Source: Balanoglossus misakiensis (taxonomy: Eukaryota; Animalia; Hemichordata). Taken from it: a stretch of DNA of 64,000 nucleotides. Shown piece by piece: positions 34,501-47,284 of the stretch (its first letter is position 1; every line of letters starts with the position of its first letter). Where the stretch lies: positions 9,284,844 to 9,348,843 of the forward strand of contig CM082588.2 in assembly GCA_040954595.2 (NCBI GenBank), in the 5' to 3' direction. The translations under genes and the position numbers were made by a program. The notes beneath the pieces were generated by a model, which saw nothing but the letters and a program-made list of their open reading frames with translations, did no database searches and was not told where the DNA came from.

Positions 34501-36588
34501 CCGTATTGATTTCCTCATCACAGACTCCCTCGCCAAGCGTAGGCCTACATCATGAACAATTGAGGCAGAAATAATTGGGCCACATCAATTACTAGTACAT
34601 TTTGTTTTCATATAGGTTGGGCTATGTCTGGGTGTTGCAAGAAGCTGGAAATAAAAAATCGTGTTGATTTTTATTTGGTTCTGTTAACTTCTTTCTCTGT
34701 AAAATCTGAGTAAACGATTGACAGAGAATGTTACTGTAAGTCTATTTTCTGAATATGAAGCGGTGGCCTTGAAAAATAGGCCTAATAAAGCATTGTTGTT
34801 ATATGCGGCTAGTCTGGCCGTTGGAAATCAGGCTTGCTCAGCGTGGCTGGTGTAACCTTCCCACAGGTTACAAAAAGTAGAGAGTGTAATAATGTAATAC
34901 ACGAGTACGAGCGCTTTTTCTTCCTCTCTGGGGCTTGGGCCTGGAAGTAAAATCTGAACACTCCATTAGCCCTAGGGAACGTTTCAAACAATTTGCTCGT
35001 TCCAATCAGTTTATGTCGAAATGGAAATACTATTCTTAAAATACATTTTCCTATAACGTGTTTCACCAAAGGGCGAAACACTTAAAACGTTTATCTACAA
35101 ACGGGAACGATGGCGAATGTTGTTTCTTTGTAACGAGAGTGATGGAACACTTCGATGATTTGTTTCTATCGGGTCGATGGGCCGATTCCCGGAAGACACG
35201 TCACCACAAGAGGGCGCACTATGCAGGCTACCCGGGAAAACTCTGAAAGAATGCATGAAAACCAAAAGAATTTGTCCGTTTTAAAGCAGTGGTGTGTTTA
35301 CGCATGTACGTACATTCAATGACAATGGTGTTTGCAAGGAAAACTTGACAAAATAAGTCAATTGTATCTATATTTCTAGAAAATCATGAAAACATTTTGG
35401 TTACATGTACATAACAATCAACTTACTCGAAGGCACACAAGCAATGAACAACACGTTGTACCCTCGTTTAGTTCAAACTTTTCAATTTTAGTAATTTTGC
35501 TTTGTGTATCTGCTGTTTCTAATTCCAGAAATTGTGTGGCGACGCAATTTTATTTATTTTTTCCCCTTCAAGTCAGTTTTATATATGGGATTGACTGTTC
35601 ACTAAACGTCTGTAACCAGCGGCTACAGGTGGAACATGCGTGTGAGATCAGCTAGGCGCTTTAAACTTTCGTCGCTGCCACCATCTCATGTGTCAATTCT
35701 CCTGTCATCTATGCCACTGCAAATGCCATCATTGCAATCGTCTTAATCATCACCACCTTCATAGTCCGGCATTGTCACTGATATAGTCTCTACACTTTCA
35801 CCATCAACCTGAGAAAACCTGAAAAGAAAAGAAAACACTCTTGTTCAATCATGATGCCATTTTGACACCCAGGTACCTTTTAGAAGCAGTGTGCATGTCT
35901 GTGTGTGTGTCTGCGTGTGTGTGTGCCTGTCTGTCTGTCTGTGTCGTTTATCAACAAATGTTTTTTTTTCTGCCCAGAATGGAAGATTAGATTGGATTAG
36001 AAAAAAAAATCCATCTTGACAAATCATTATTAGATCGCAGCTATATGCTAATAACCGATCGTCTGACAGAGTCATGAGGTGATGGTCTAAGGCAATCATG
36101 GACCTTCATCTCAAGGACATTCGCTCTGATATTCACTTCAAATTTCGGTATTTATTGAAAATGGTTGAATTATGATAATTTTTTCTTGACAAACTCAGAC
36201 ATCGAATGGCATTGGTGGTATTCTCTGGCACTGATGAGGCCATAAAAAGTAGGCAGGTCTGAAAAGTAGCTGACCAGAACCCTGAGAGAGAACCCTGCCC
36301 ATGCTCAGTCGAGTGCTAGCCTGGTCACCATACCCAGTGTGTTTTAGATAGACTCACACACAAAGGTCTGGCCAAAGAGTCAACTATCTGCCATTTTGAA
36401 GATCTGCATGTCAATAGAACTCAAAATGTGATGTCACAGCAACGAGGTCACCACATGGTTCTGACTCTGACGTCGTTCAAGTCAATCACCGTACGCGACA
36501 CACTACTGATTGGCTGAAGCAATGACGCGGGCGTTGCTAATAATTGGAAAATAATTAGCATTAATTAGCAACATCCGTTCCATGGTAA

Positions 36589-37641
36589 GGGAGCATTCGT
36601 TTTTTACAGGGAGGGGGGGGGCGGTGGAAATCAGGGGGGGGGGGTTTACTTTTACAAAGCAGTTTTTAGGGGGGGGGACAAATTTTATAATCAAGGGATT
36701 ATTATATAGGGACTGAAAGGGGGGACTTGAAAACTTTGACGGCTAAATATTTATTTTGAGTCCACAAAAATGCAGTTTCGCGTCCTTTATTTTACAAAAT
36801 TTTCTTACGTCCCACACCCACCCCCTCCATTCATTAACACCTTTCAATCATTGACTGGTTTATCTAGTGTCCCAGGTCAGGGGACTTGCCCCCACCCCAT
36901 GATAACTTTGAGCGGCGACGTTAATTTGCTTTTGCTGGGTTCATTAAAATGCAGCTTTCAGCTCTGTATTTTATAAAAAAAATTTACGTCGTGGGAGGGG
37001 GACACCCCCTCCCAAACCCACCCCCTTCAATTCTCGGTTTACAATGTCTCCCAACACAAAATACAAATACTTAAAAAATAAAAACAATGTTCAGTAGACA
37101 TGTACATGAACAGACATAAATTGACAACAGAGAAAAAGATGCTGAAAAAAGACAAACTGAAAATAGTTGAAGCGCACATTGGCCGGAAACTGTGTCAAAC
37201 AACTCTGGAAAGTCTCAGAGTAAACCATGAGAGGGACAAAGAGGAGGATGAGCAGGAGGATGAAGAGGATGACTTGGACGAGGACAGTGAACCAGAAGAT
37301 GAACATGTAGTGATAGGTGAACTAGGTGATTCAGCGGAAAGTGACTCAGAAAGTGATAGCGGCGACATTGAAAATGAACTCTTTCACGTAACAAGATCAG
37401 GCAGACAATGCACTACTTGGAAATCAAGGAACTAGGTTTCATGGTTGATTATGTGGTATGTCGAACATACACCAATATCTGACAAAGTTTGACAAGTTTA
37501 ATCCGGTGGATAAACTTTTTTTTTTTGGGGGGGGGGGGTCACATTTTAGAAAAGTAATTTCCAGGGGGGTTGCCTTTTACATTTAGTCGGCGACTCAAAT
37601 TCCACCGCCCCCCCCCCTCCCTGTAAAAAACGAATGCTCCC
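36589..37641. mobile_element. Tourist/Harbinger-like MITE carrying an internal coding-like fragment
   Basis: TIR GGGAGCATTCGTTTTTTACAGGG / CCCTGTAAAAAACGAATGCTCCC, TAA TSD. Internal 36708-37078 is near-identical to 29367-29780. Confidence 0.85.
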
Positions 37642-38134
37642 TAACAATAAATTTCCGTGAAATACGCAAGAGCCAAAATAGCATGAAAATAAAAAGTCGC
37701 GTAATTCTTTTTGAAGATAACGATGCAGTGAATGAAATAAGAGAACACGAAAATTAATACTCGCGAAACAGTGGCCTCTCTCGATATCGCGAAAATAAAG
37801 TGTTTTACAGTATGTATCTCTGTAACACTTTGCAATTAACAGCAGCATCAAATATGATGAAATGAATTCCGATATTCTTTACAGGTTTCCATCTTTGCAA
37901 GGATCAATGGGAACACAGATGATGACGACGGTTTTGGACAAATTGAATACGGTCAACTGCTGTCGCCAAGGTTACTCCTAGAAATTGGGATGCACTATAG
38001 ACCGTGTGTAAAGGTCTTCACTACCAGGTGTGCTGTCTTTGCACCTGGTTGGACGCCTTTGACCAATGGGGAGTTGCTGGAGCTGGATTTCAGCTGTGGC
38101 CGAATCTGCCAGACTAAAGGTGTGTATCCAATAA

Positions 38135-39252
38135 GGGACCGTTCAGTTTTTACGGCCGGGGGGGGGGGCGGCAAAATCCAGGGGGAGGGGGTCACTTAAA
38201 TTTTGAAGTCCACAAGGGGGGGGGGTCATCTGTTTTTTTAAACGTTTAGGGGGGGGGGTCACATACTTTTGCCACCGAACTTTTGGTTTTGAGTCCACAA
38301 AATTGCAGTTTCGCACCCTTTATTTTACAAAATTTTTCCCAAACCCACCCCCTCAATTCACCGCCACATTTCATTTTTTGCTGGTTTGTCTAGTGTACCA
38401 GGGCAGAGTGCTTGCCACCCCAACCCCACCGATGAGAATATTTAACAAAGTGAATACATAAAGGAGAATAATTGTTTAAACCATTTTGCATAACTGATCT
38501 CGCGCTGCAACTTCTATATACTAGAAGTTTTATAAATGATGTCATGACAAGATGACGCCAAATCTTCTAACTTTGAGTGGAGTGGCAAAAAGTAAAATTG
38601 GTCCTCCCAAACATTGAGATAATTTGCTTTTGAGTTCATTAAAATGCAACTTTGCGCTACATATTTTACAAAATTTTCACCCACCCCCTCCATTCTTCGC
38701 CACATTGCATTTATTCACTGGTTTGTCTAGTGTACCAGGGAAGACTTCTTGCCACCCCACCCCCGATGCTTACTTTGAGTGGAGTGGCAAAATTAAAATT
38801 TGTCCTCCCTAACATTGAATTTATTTGCTTTTGAGTTCATTAAATTGCAACTTTGAGCACCGTATTTTACAAAATTTTCTTTGGTGGGAGGGGGACACCC
38901 CGCCACTTTTCTTGTTTTACCGATTCTAGCAACTATTGTATTGACTTGTCATTTTAATTTGTTCATAGATTTCTTTATTGTAACGATATACTATTATATA
39001 CTTCAATAATACTTTAAGAAATTTATAATTGAGGTGTGAGGAGCCTCATTCCCTTAATTGCATACAGTGTACATAGTATCAGGACGGCGAATGTTTTCGG
39101 CGTGGGGGGGGGGGGTCATAATATTTTTGGGTCTGTCAAAGGGGGGGGGGTCATCATTTTTTGCTCCTGGGTGAAGGGGGGGGGGTCGGCCTGATTTTGA
39201 AATCGATGACACAAACTTGCCGGGCCCCCGGCCGTAAAAATTGAACGGTCCC
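38135..39252. mobile_element. Tourist/Harbinger-like MITE
   Basis: TIR GGGACCGTTCAGTTTTTACGGCCGGGG / CCCCGGCCGTAAAAATTGAACGGTCCC, TAA TSD. Confidence 0.85.
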
Positions 39253-40529
39253 TAAGCTGCTGTACATACCTTGGTAGAATTTCCATATTTGTGTTCTTGG
39301 GGCAATTTTGGGGGATTTTTTTCATTATCTACGTGGTATAAATTGCTATCAAATACAAGTTTTAAATATCTCAAACTTCATGTTTCGGTATAAAACTTTT
39401 GCAGAGTTCGTCTATTAAAATATGAAAAGACGTTTTACTTTTACAGTTTTACTTTACAATTCCAGTACTAGTCTGTTTCCCCGGCCCCGCCCATTCCCAC
39501 GATGACTGCGCTATACGCTAACAGAAATGGATGGCTTTGCTCGTCACCGTGACTGTAGCGAAACGGAATTGCTCTATAACATCCGCTGTATTAGATACAC
39601 TGCCCGGAGAAACTTTCATAGCAGTCTGGGCCATGTGGCCTATATATATTACACGGCTTGCAATGAACACTCGTACTTGGAGCCAGCTGACTCGGAGCTG
39701 TGAAGACACAAAAACAAAACATGGCGTTGAGGGCGCTGTATAGTCGTGGTGTCATGGCGGGGCGATTTGAACTTCTGACTTCCATCGCTCGGATTGAATG
39801 GAGCGCTAAGCCCTCAGAATGGAATATTACTCCTGAAATACTGGTTCCAAGTATTCGCCAGAGGTCCAGGTGCAAGTTTTATCATAAACAGTACAAGTTT
39901 CTTGTGTAGTTCTAGCGCAGGCAGTGGAAGTTGTCCCACGTAATGGAATTTTACACGATTGCGTCACAAGGTGTCATGGCGGACTTTATCTCTCCGACGA
40001 GAATATTCGAGATGGATGCCGTCACTGAACATGGAGAATAGTATATTATGATTTGTGTGCGCGTTTGAATTCAAATTTCATGCTGGAGTCCTTCTGAAGA
40101 TGTTACACAGTGTGCATGGAATATCGTTGGTCGACTCGAACGTTTCAGTGAGTATTATTTAATTAACTTATCCTGTTTACAACAGGCTGGATATAAACGA
40201 AGTTGTCATTCACAAAAATATGCAAATTAGCTCAATGTGAAATTGGTCAAAACTCTGAAACTCAACAACTATTGGGCAAATTGCTTTGAAAATTGGTATG
40301 AATGTACCTTATGTCAACCACTGAACCTCACACAGTCCTCAAAGTTTTTAGTTAATATCATGAATTTTGTATTTTTATGAAGATTTTAGTCTTTTTTCAT
40401 ATTATAGACAGTGTAAACAATCATGGGTTGATTGCTTTTAAATTTAGTATACAGCTTCCAATAGGTAATCTAAGTCATTTTTTCCAGTTTGTTGCATAAT
40501 TTGCATATTTGTAATTTGGGGGTAATACA

Positions 40530-41925
40530 TTGGTATGTACCATGGGACCTTATGGAATCAGTTGCGTCTGTATGTATGTATGGATGGATGGATGTCTGTA
40601 TGTCCGTCCACATCAAAAACTTGAAAACGACTGCTCGTATGACCTCGATATTTGGTGTGTAGATGCAGGCAGGGCTGTAGATTAGAGTTTGTTCAAACGA
40701 AGTTGTCATTGCCAAAAATATGCAAATTAGCTGGGGAAAACCTAAATTTGGTCAAAACTCAGAAACTCAACAACCGCTGGTCATATTGATTTGAAAATTG
40801 GCTTGCATGTATCTTATGTCTACCTCAAACAGTCCTGTATGTTTTGAGCTAATATTATCGATTTTCTACTTTTTATGCATTTTTTTGTATTTCTCCATAT
40901 TATTGGTAAAACAATCTTCATTTCTGAAAGTGATAGGCCTACTTCTTTGAAATTTAGTACGAAGCTTCCTATAGGTTGTCTTCGTAACCATAGTTTTGTA
41001 CAAATTATTGCAAAAATTGCATATTTAGAATTTTGAGCAATATTTGCCATTTTTGGTCAATTTTCTTTTTCTCTAAAACCGCATGCCAGATTGCTTTGCA
41101 ATTTGGTAGGCAGGTTCCTAGGGGTAACCACAGGAAGATGTTGCTAAAAAAATTCTGATATTTGCATAAATGTGTTATTGGGGAAATTTTTTCCAATTTT
41201 TGTCAAAAATTGTTTTCTCTGAAACTGCATGTCACATTGCATTGAATTTTGCCAGGCATGTTCCTTATAGTGATTGAAGTAAGATATTGTACAATTTTGG
41301 TGATATTTGCATATCTTTTTTTTGCCACTTTTGAACAAAAATTTTCTTTGAAATTTGTTTTTTCTCTGATTGATTTGAAATTTAGGATACAATTTCATAA
41401 CACATACATGTGCAACTTCTATTCAATTCTGATATCAGAAATATTCAATATTTAGCGATTTTTTTTGTAAGTTTCTTTGTTTTTGGTTAGCAAATCTTCT
41501 CCTAAACCAATTCTCCAGTTGTTTTGAAAGTTACTGTTTACAAGGAGTTGTTACCCCCAAATTAGACATGTTTACATAGGTGTTACAGAGACCACCAGCT
41601 ATTAAATTTTTAATTACCAGTGGCAGGTCAGTGAGCGTCTTTGTCTGTGTGTGTGTGTCTGTCTGTTCCAGGGCTGACTGAAGGAAGTGGCTTGTCATAT
41701 GTGTTTGTACAGACAATTTTTGGTCAAAAAATAATTTTTCTCGCACCACTTGTAAGACTGCCATGACACATTTATTGGTCATGTTCCCTGTTAATTTTTT
41801 ACATTCAACATTCTATAAGGTTAAATCATATCTGCTTGCAATGTCACCTGTAATTTTTGTTCTGGTGTATCCCTATTTCTGCATAATCCTTAAATGCGAC
41901 CACAGTGTCCTTGATTCTATTTTTT
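40530..41925 (+). mobile_element. HINE-like element, same family as 27960
   Basis: TACCATGGGACCTTATGG...CTGTATGTATG...CCGTCCACATCAAAAACTTGAAAAC is shared with 27988-28095. The end motif GACCACAGTGTCCTTGA...TTTTT resembles 31295-31320. Confidence 0.6.
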
Positions 41926-42521
41926 ATGATTTTTGGTAAAAAATAATTTCTCTGAAACCTCTTGTCCAGAATCCTTAGGATTTTGGTAGGCATGTTCCTA
42001 GGGATAACCAAAGTAAGCTGTTGTACATACCTTGTTGGTGAAATTTCCATATTTGTGTTCTTGGGGCAATTTTGGGGGATGTTGCGAAAACAATTGTTTT
42101 CTATGAAACCGTTTGTCAGATTGATTTAAATTTTTGTGTAGGCAAATTCCTCATGGTGATTGAAGTAAGACATTGTACAATTCTGGTGATATTTGCATTT
42201 TGTGTTTTTGCCACTTTTGAACCAATATTGTTTTCTCTGAAACTGCCTTGACATTTTGTGGGAATTATCATGTGGGAACTCAAGTAGGTAATGAATAGTG
42301 TTGGTGAAATTTGTGTTCTTAGGGCAATTGTTGGTGTTTTTGGTCTTAATTAGGAACCCAAGCGCCTGAGGGCGCTTGGGTTCCTATTGTAATTGCTGTA
42401 ATTACATGTTCATGAAAACCATGTTTTCTGTTCATACACTTTTTCAACACTAGATGGCGCGCTACACTATTTCAGCCAGACGATGGAGGGCTCGGGGGAT
42501 GGAGGATTTGTGAATCATTAA

Positions 42522-42833
42522 CCCTAATGCTACTGGGTGTCATACCTGTTTAGAGTGTCAAGTCTCTTAAAATATGTATTTGCCACTTTTTCTTCTAAAA
42601 CGTATTTTGACTGTCTTGACATGGCTCTCATATGTACTTAGACAAACTTAAGCTTGGCAGTCTGAGCCCCCTGTAAAATGTACCAAAACACACTGGTTTC
42701 TACTGTATTGATCTGAGGGTCTTGTATTGGCCCTACTGAATAACACACACTTGGCAGTCTAACAGGCCTGGGAGCCAGGATTCTAGGAACCCTGGAAATC
42801 AAACCAGTTTCAACTGACTTGGCAGCGTTAGGG
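42522..42833 (+). mobile_element. piggyBac-like MITE, copy A
   Basis: TTAA-CCCTAATGC ... GCGTTAGGG-TTAA. Confidence 0.8.
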
Positions 42834-42972
42834 TTAAACTGACAGATTTCAAGATTAAACTCTTTTACTTCAAACACCCATGCAGCATTCATGCAATTAG
42901 AATGTCCGTTACTTTCCCACATTTCGGTTCATGGGGCAGATCAGTGTTCTTGATAAGGTTGTTTTGGTATAA

Positions 42973-43282
42973 CCCTATTGCTGCCGAGTCAGTTAAAACT
43001 GGTTTGATTTCCAGGGTGTGTAGAATCCTGGCTCCGAGGCCTGTTAGGCTGCCAAGTGTGTGTAAGTCAGTAGGGCCTATACAAGACCCTCAAACCAAAC
43101 CAGTGCAAAGCAGTACGATTTGGTCCATTTTCTGGGGGGTTCAGACTGCCAAACTTGTGTGTCTAAGTACGTAGGAGAGCAATGCCAAGACAGTCAAAAT
43201 ACGTTTCAGAAGAAAAAGTGGCAAATACGTATTTTAAAGGACTTAAGACTCTGAACAGGTATGACACCCAGTTGCATTAGGG
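42973..43282 (-). mobile_element. piggyBac-like MITE, copy B (inverted relative to A)
   Basis: ATAA-CCCTATTGC ... GCATTAGGG-TTAA; reverse-complement similar to copy A along its whole length. Confidence 0.8.
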
Positions 43283-45249
43283 TTAAAGGTTGGCTAACAC
43301 ATCTGGCAGTGGTCACTGATAACAGACTTTGTATTTTGTGTGACTTTTTTGTTTTGGTTATGTAAATGTCTCCATACACAACATTTTTAGTCTGTCAATA
43401 TGCATTTTTCAACAGCAGTAACAATGTGTTTGTGCAGTGGTGAATCTAGGATCAGAGATTTGAGGGCATTTTTGCCGGTGGTCTCCATTTTAAGGGCCTT
43501 TTGAAAATTAGAGGGACATTTTGTCTGTTGCCATTATGACAATCATACTAGTATACAAAATATTCATAAAGAAGGGCAAGATGGAGAATAAGAATTGCAG
43601 AGAATTCCATTGCACTTTTAGTCTGTACACTGCACTGCAACTACACCCCATGTAAAGTGTAGGAATAAAATTGTGCTATCTAATCTTTTTTCAGTGTGAT
43701 CATGATTATCAATGATGATTTGTGAAGCATTTTCCATTATTTTACAAGTTGAGCTGCTTTTCTGAGTCAATGATCTGAGTTGTCTATTTGCATAAATTAT
43801 GCTAAAATTCAAAAGAATAGCACCCTTGATTCAAACACCAACTGATTCATCTTAATGTTGAACTGCCTGTGGTAACATTTTCTGGACTTTTACCAAGGTG
43901 ACTATTGACAATTGACCTTGTCTGCGTCTATACAAGTGTTTCAGCATTCTCAGGCTCGGAAGTTAACTTTCCTGCTTAGAACTAGAGTAAATGTTCTCCT
44001 AAATTTTAAAATTTAGGATTATGATATAAGGCTCTGTAGTTATCTCATTTTTATATGTGGATGAGAACTGGCAACAGTTTTATAAACAACTGTATACAAA
44101 TTTGAAGATGAAAACATACGAGTTCCTCTTACCCATGATTTCTATATTTTTTGAAAGTTTAGTATTTGTGCTCAAAATTGTTTTCAACTTTCTTAAATTG
44201 CAGGAGGAACCTTCCATGTGATCTAGCCGACAGGACTTTTGGGGAAAAGTTGAAGATTACAGAAATGGATGTACATTATTGCAGCCGATCTTTGAGCAGG
44301 GAAGTAAAATTTTTTATACTATGTACTTTGTTGTTTTACTTGACAGCTTAAATATTGCAGAATTGGCAGATGGTGCAGAATTGCTCACTTTGTGCTAGGG
44401 AGTCAAATCACATTATATTAACTGCATTCTGGGTAAAAAGTCGACTACTCATTGTAGTAAGAGATAGAATAAATGATATGTTTACCGTATTTTATGACTT
44501 CCTTTGGTCAAACATGTCTGTCTTTGTAGTAAGCATATCAAACTCATTCAACTTTTTTCACATTTTGTTAATTTTTCCGTTACAAAGATTCAGAATGACC
44601 CATCATCACTTTAGCTCATGAACTCCCATTTCATAAACATGGCAAAAATCGGCCATCTTGAAATTGTGTCTACCATGAGATTTTCATCACTCACTTAGGT
44701 AGCTTAATAAAACATATTTAAGGTAGGGAGAATTGAAAGCACCTGCTGCAAGACATGGCAAGCATCTGCTATATTTAGTTTGGATATACTTCATGATGAT
44801 CAAATGCAAATTATGGCAAAGAGGATGATCACACCAGTCACGTTGAAATTGGAGCAGTATTATGTCTTAAAATAAATAACAATTGAAAGACAAATGTAAT
44901 ACGAGAACCGTAAATCTGCACTTAATGAAAAATGTAAGATGCATTGAACCAAGAGTAACTTCCACTTAACACCAGTGCATAGGGTTTTTGTCATCAAAGG
45001 TAGGATTTTAGTTTGTAGATTGTAGTTGAGGTAAGGCAGGACATTTTAATCATGTGTGAAATACATTTATAAGTAATTCAATAATAGACAGGGCCGGTAA
45101 TAGGATCCTGGATCACATGTAAATTACTCCTGAAATTATAGTTTTGAGTGTTTGCAGGATAAGGTGCTATAAAGTTTCAAAATACATATTAAACAAACTT
45201 GTACAAAGGATTAAATAAAAATTTGAATCTTGACAATGAAGTCAGTTAA

Positions 45250-45751
45250 AGGCACGTAAGCTGCAACTGGATAAAAAATAAAAGTTTTAAATAATCTCAT
45301 ATATGCTTTTAATTATGTCTATTAAATGCTATTTTATGATAATATATCAAGCTCAACAATTATTTATGACAAAATTGCCAAAAATTAAAGAAAAACGAAA
45401 ATTCCTGCAATTTTAAAAAAGTGCAATATTGCAATGAAAAATGAAAATCTGATGTCTCAGTGGTGTACATTTACTTCCATGAGCTCAAGTGGATGAGATC
45501 ATGTTTTGTTTATGAAGTTTCACAACCGGAAATGCGACATTTTCATTGTTTCTTGCATTTTCCCACGGTGGCGGCCATAATCGCTTGCGGCAAAGCTTTA
45601 TTATTTATCTGGTTAAAACTTGCATATGCACTCATATTTAGGGTTTAAATGCTTGTGTATTGTTCACTGCCTTCATCTGCATGGACCAATGGTAGTGCAG
45701 TTTGAAACAAAAATTATGAAAATTATCCCAAAAGTTACAGCTTACGTGCCT
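45250..45751. mobile_element. Kolobok-like MITE
   Basis: TTAA TSD; TIR AGGCACGTAAGCTGCAACT / AGTTACAGCTTACGTGCCT. Confidence 0.85.
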
Positions 45752-47284
45752 TTAATAATATGCACAATGGTGATTAGAGTGATGGTATCATAAAAGTAAT
45801 AATAATGATGAAGACTAACGATATAACAAAAAATGTTATGATGATGATGATAATAAAATAACTAGTAATAAAATAATGAAAATAATGAAGTTGATTATGA
45901 TGATAATGAGGATGATGATAACAATGGCGATGATGAAGATGTTGCAATAACAGTGACAATGATGATGATGATTAGTTCTTTATAACTGTGTAAGAAAGTC
46001 ACCAATAATAGTAGTTTCTGCAGAACATATGTCAATGTGGTATTGTCTGGTTTTGGTGAATCTTCTGGATACTTTGAGACGCAATTGGTTGGAGAATGGA
46101 TATGTCTTGAGGTGGTATAGGTGGTGATTATTTGATTCTTAGTGGTCTTAATTTACTCCAGAATAATGGGTGTAATGTTGTATCTGTTACTAGCGTTACC
46201 TTTGGCATTGTGGTTGTAGTGGTAAAAAATAACAGAATTAATAATGTTAGTAAAGGTTTAATTTACCATAAATATACGTTACACAGAGATGTATTTTCAT
46301 CTAAACAATCAGTCACATTCATCTGAAATATTCGTCAGAATTGGTAGCCTAATGTTTATGCATAGTTGGCATTGCATACTTTGTGATTCTGTGTACAGAG
46401 TTTTGCAAAGCAAATGTGTTTGTACAAACCAGGGTAAAATGATCCTAGTACATAGAGCTGTTGGTGAAAATTTATGACTGGTGTAGATAAATATCATTCA
46501 TATGCCTGTTATTAAATGAACTAAATAAAGTTTTCTTTTTTTTTCTAGGAATGCACTTCATATGAATCCCTGTTGCCTAGTATCATTTTAATGTACAAAT
46601 GTAGCAGCCATTTTACTTGACTTGTACAATATATATATCATGTACCGGGTTCATCTGTGTTTCAGACGAAAGACATGCATGCAAATTTAACTACAGTTAC
46701 CATGGTAAATGGAGATCTGTACTGACTGGTACAGCAGTTTTAACTGTACCATAGCTGTGTTTAATATAATAATGGTGGTGATAATAGTGATGACAATGAT
46801 GGTGATAATAATGGTGGTGATGGTGATAATGATGGTGATGATGGTGGTATGATGATGATAATAATGGTTTAGATGGTGATAATGATGATGGTGATAATAA
46901 TGATGGTGATAATGATGGTGATGCTGGTGATACTGATGATGATGATGATGATGATAATGTTGGTGATGGCGATAATAATGATTCTGGTGATACTTATAAA
47001 AATAAAAATATCATACTCACATGTAATGACACAAAGCTTTGTAAATGGGTGATCTGCTGGGTGCAGTCATGCTCTCAGGTGTATTTTATTAAAACTTGCA
47101 CACATGTGGGTGTTCCCATTCTGACCTGGCCAGTCAGATTTGGGGATGTCATAACCTTGCACTCTCAAACATGACATACCGTTTTACTATAAGTAACACT
47201 CAGAGTGTTGATAAGTAAAAGTTTCTGATTTATCAAACTAGTTAATAATATTACTATCTGGAATTGGTGGTGTTATTACGTGTA

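Noticed and set aside
6486-34509. Many near-identical 76-aa ORFs (MDILEQTVDLQSLPENFLIRSG...)
   Set aside because: Artefact of the 127-bp period, which is not a multiple of 3; no domain similarity.
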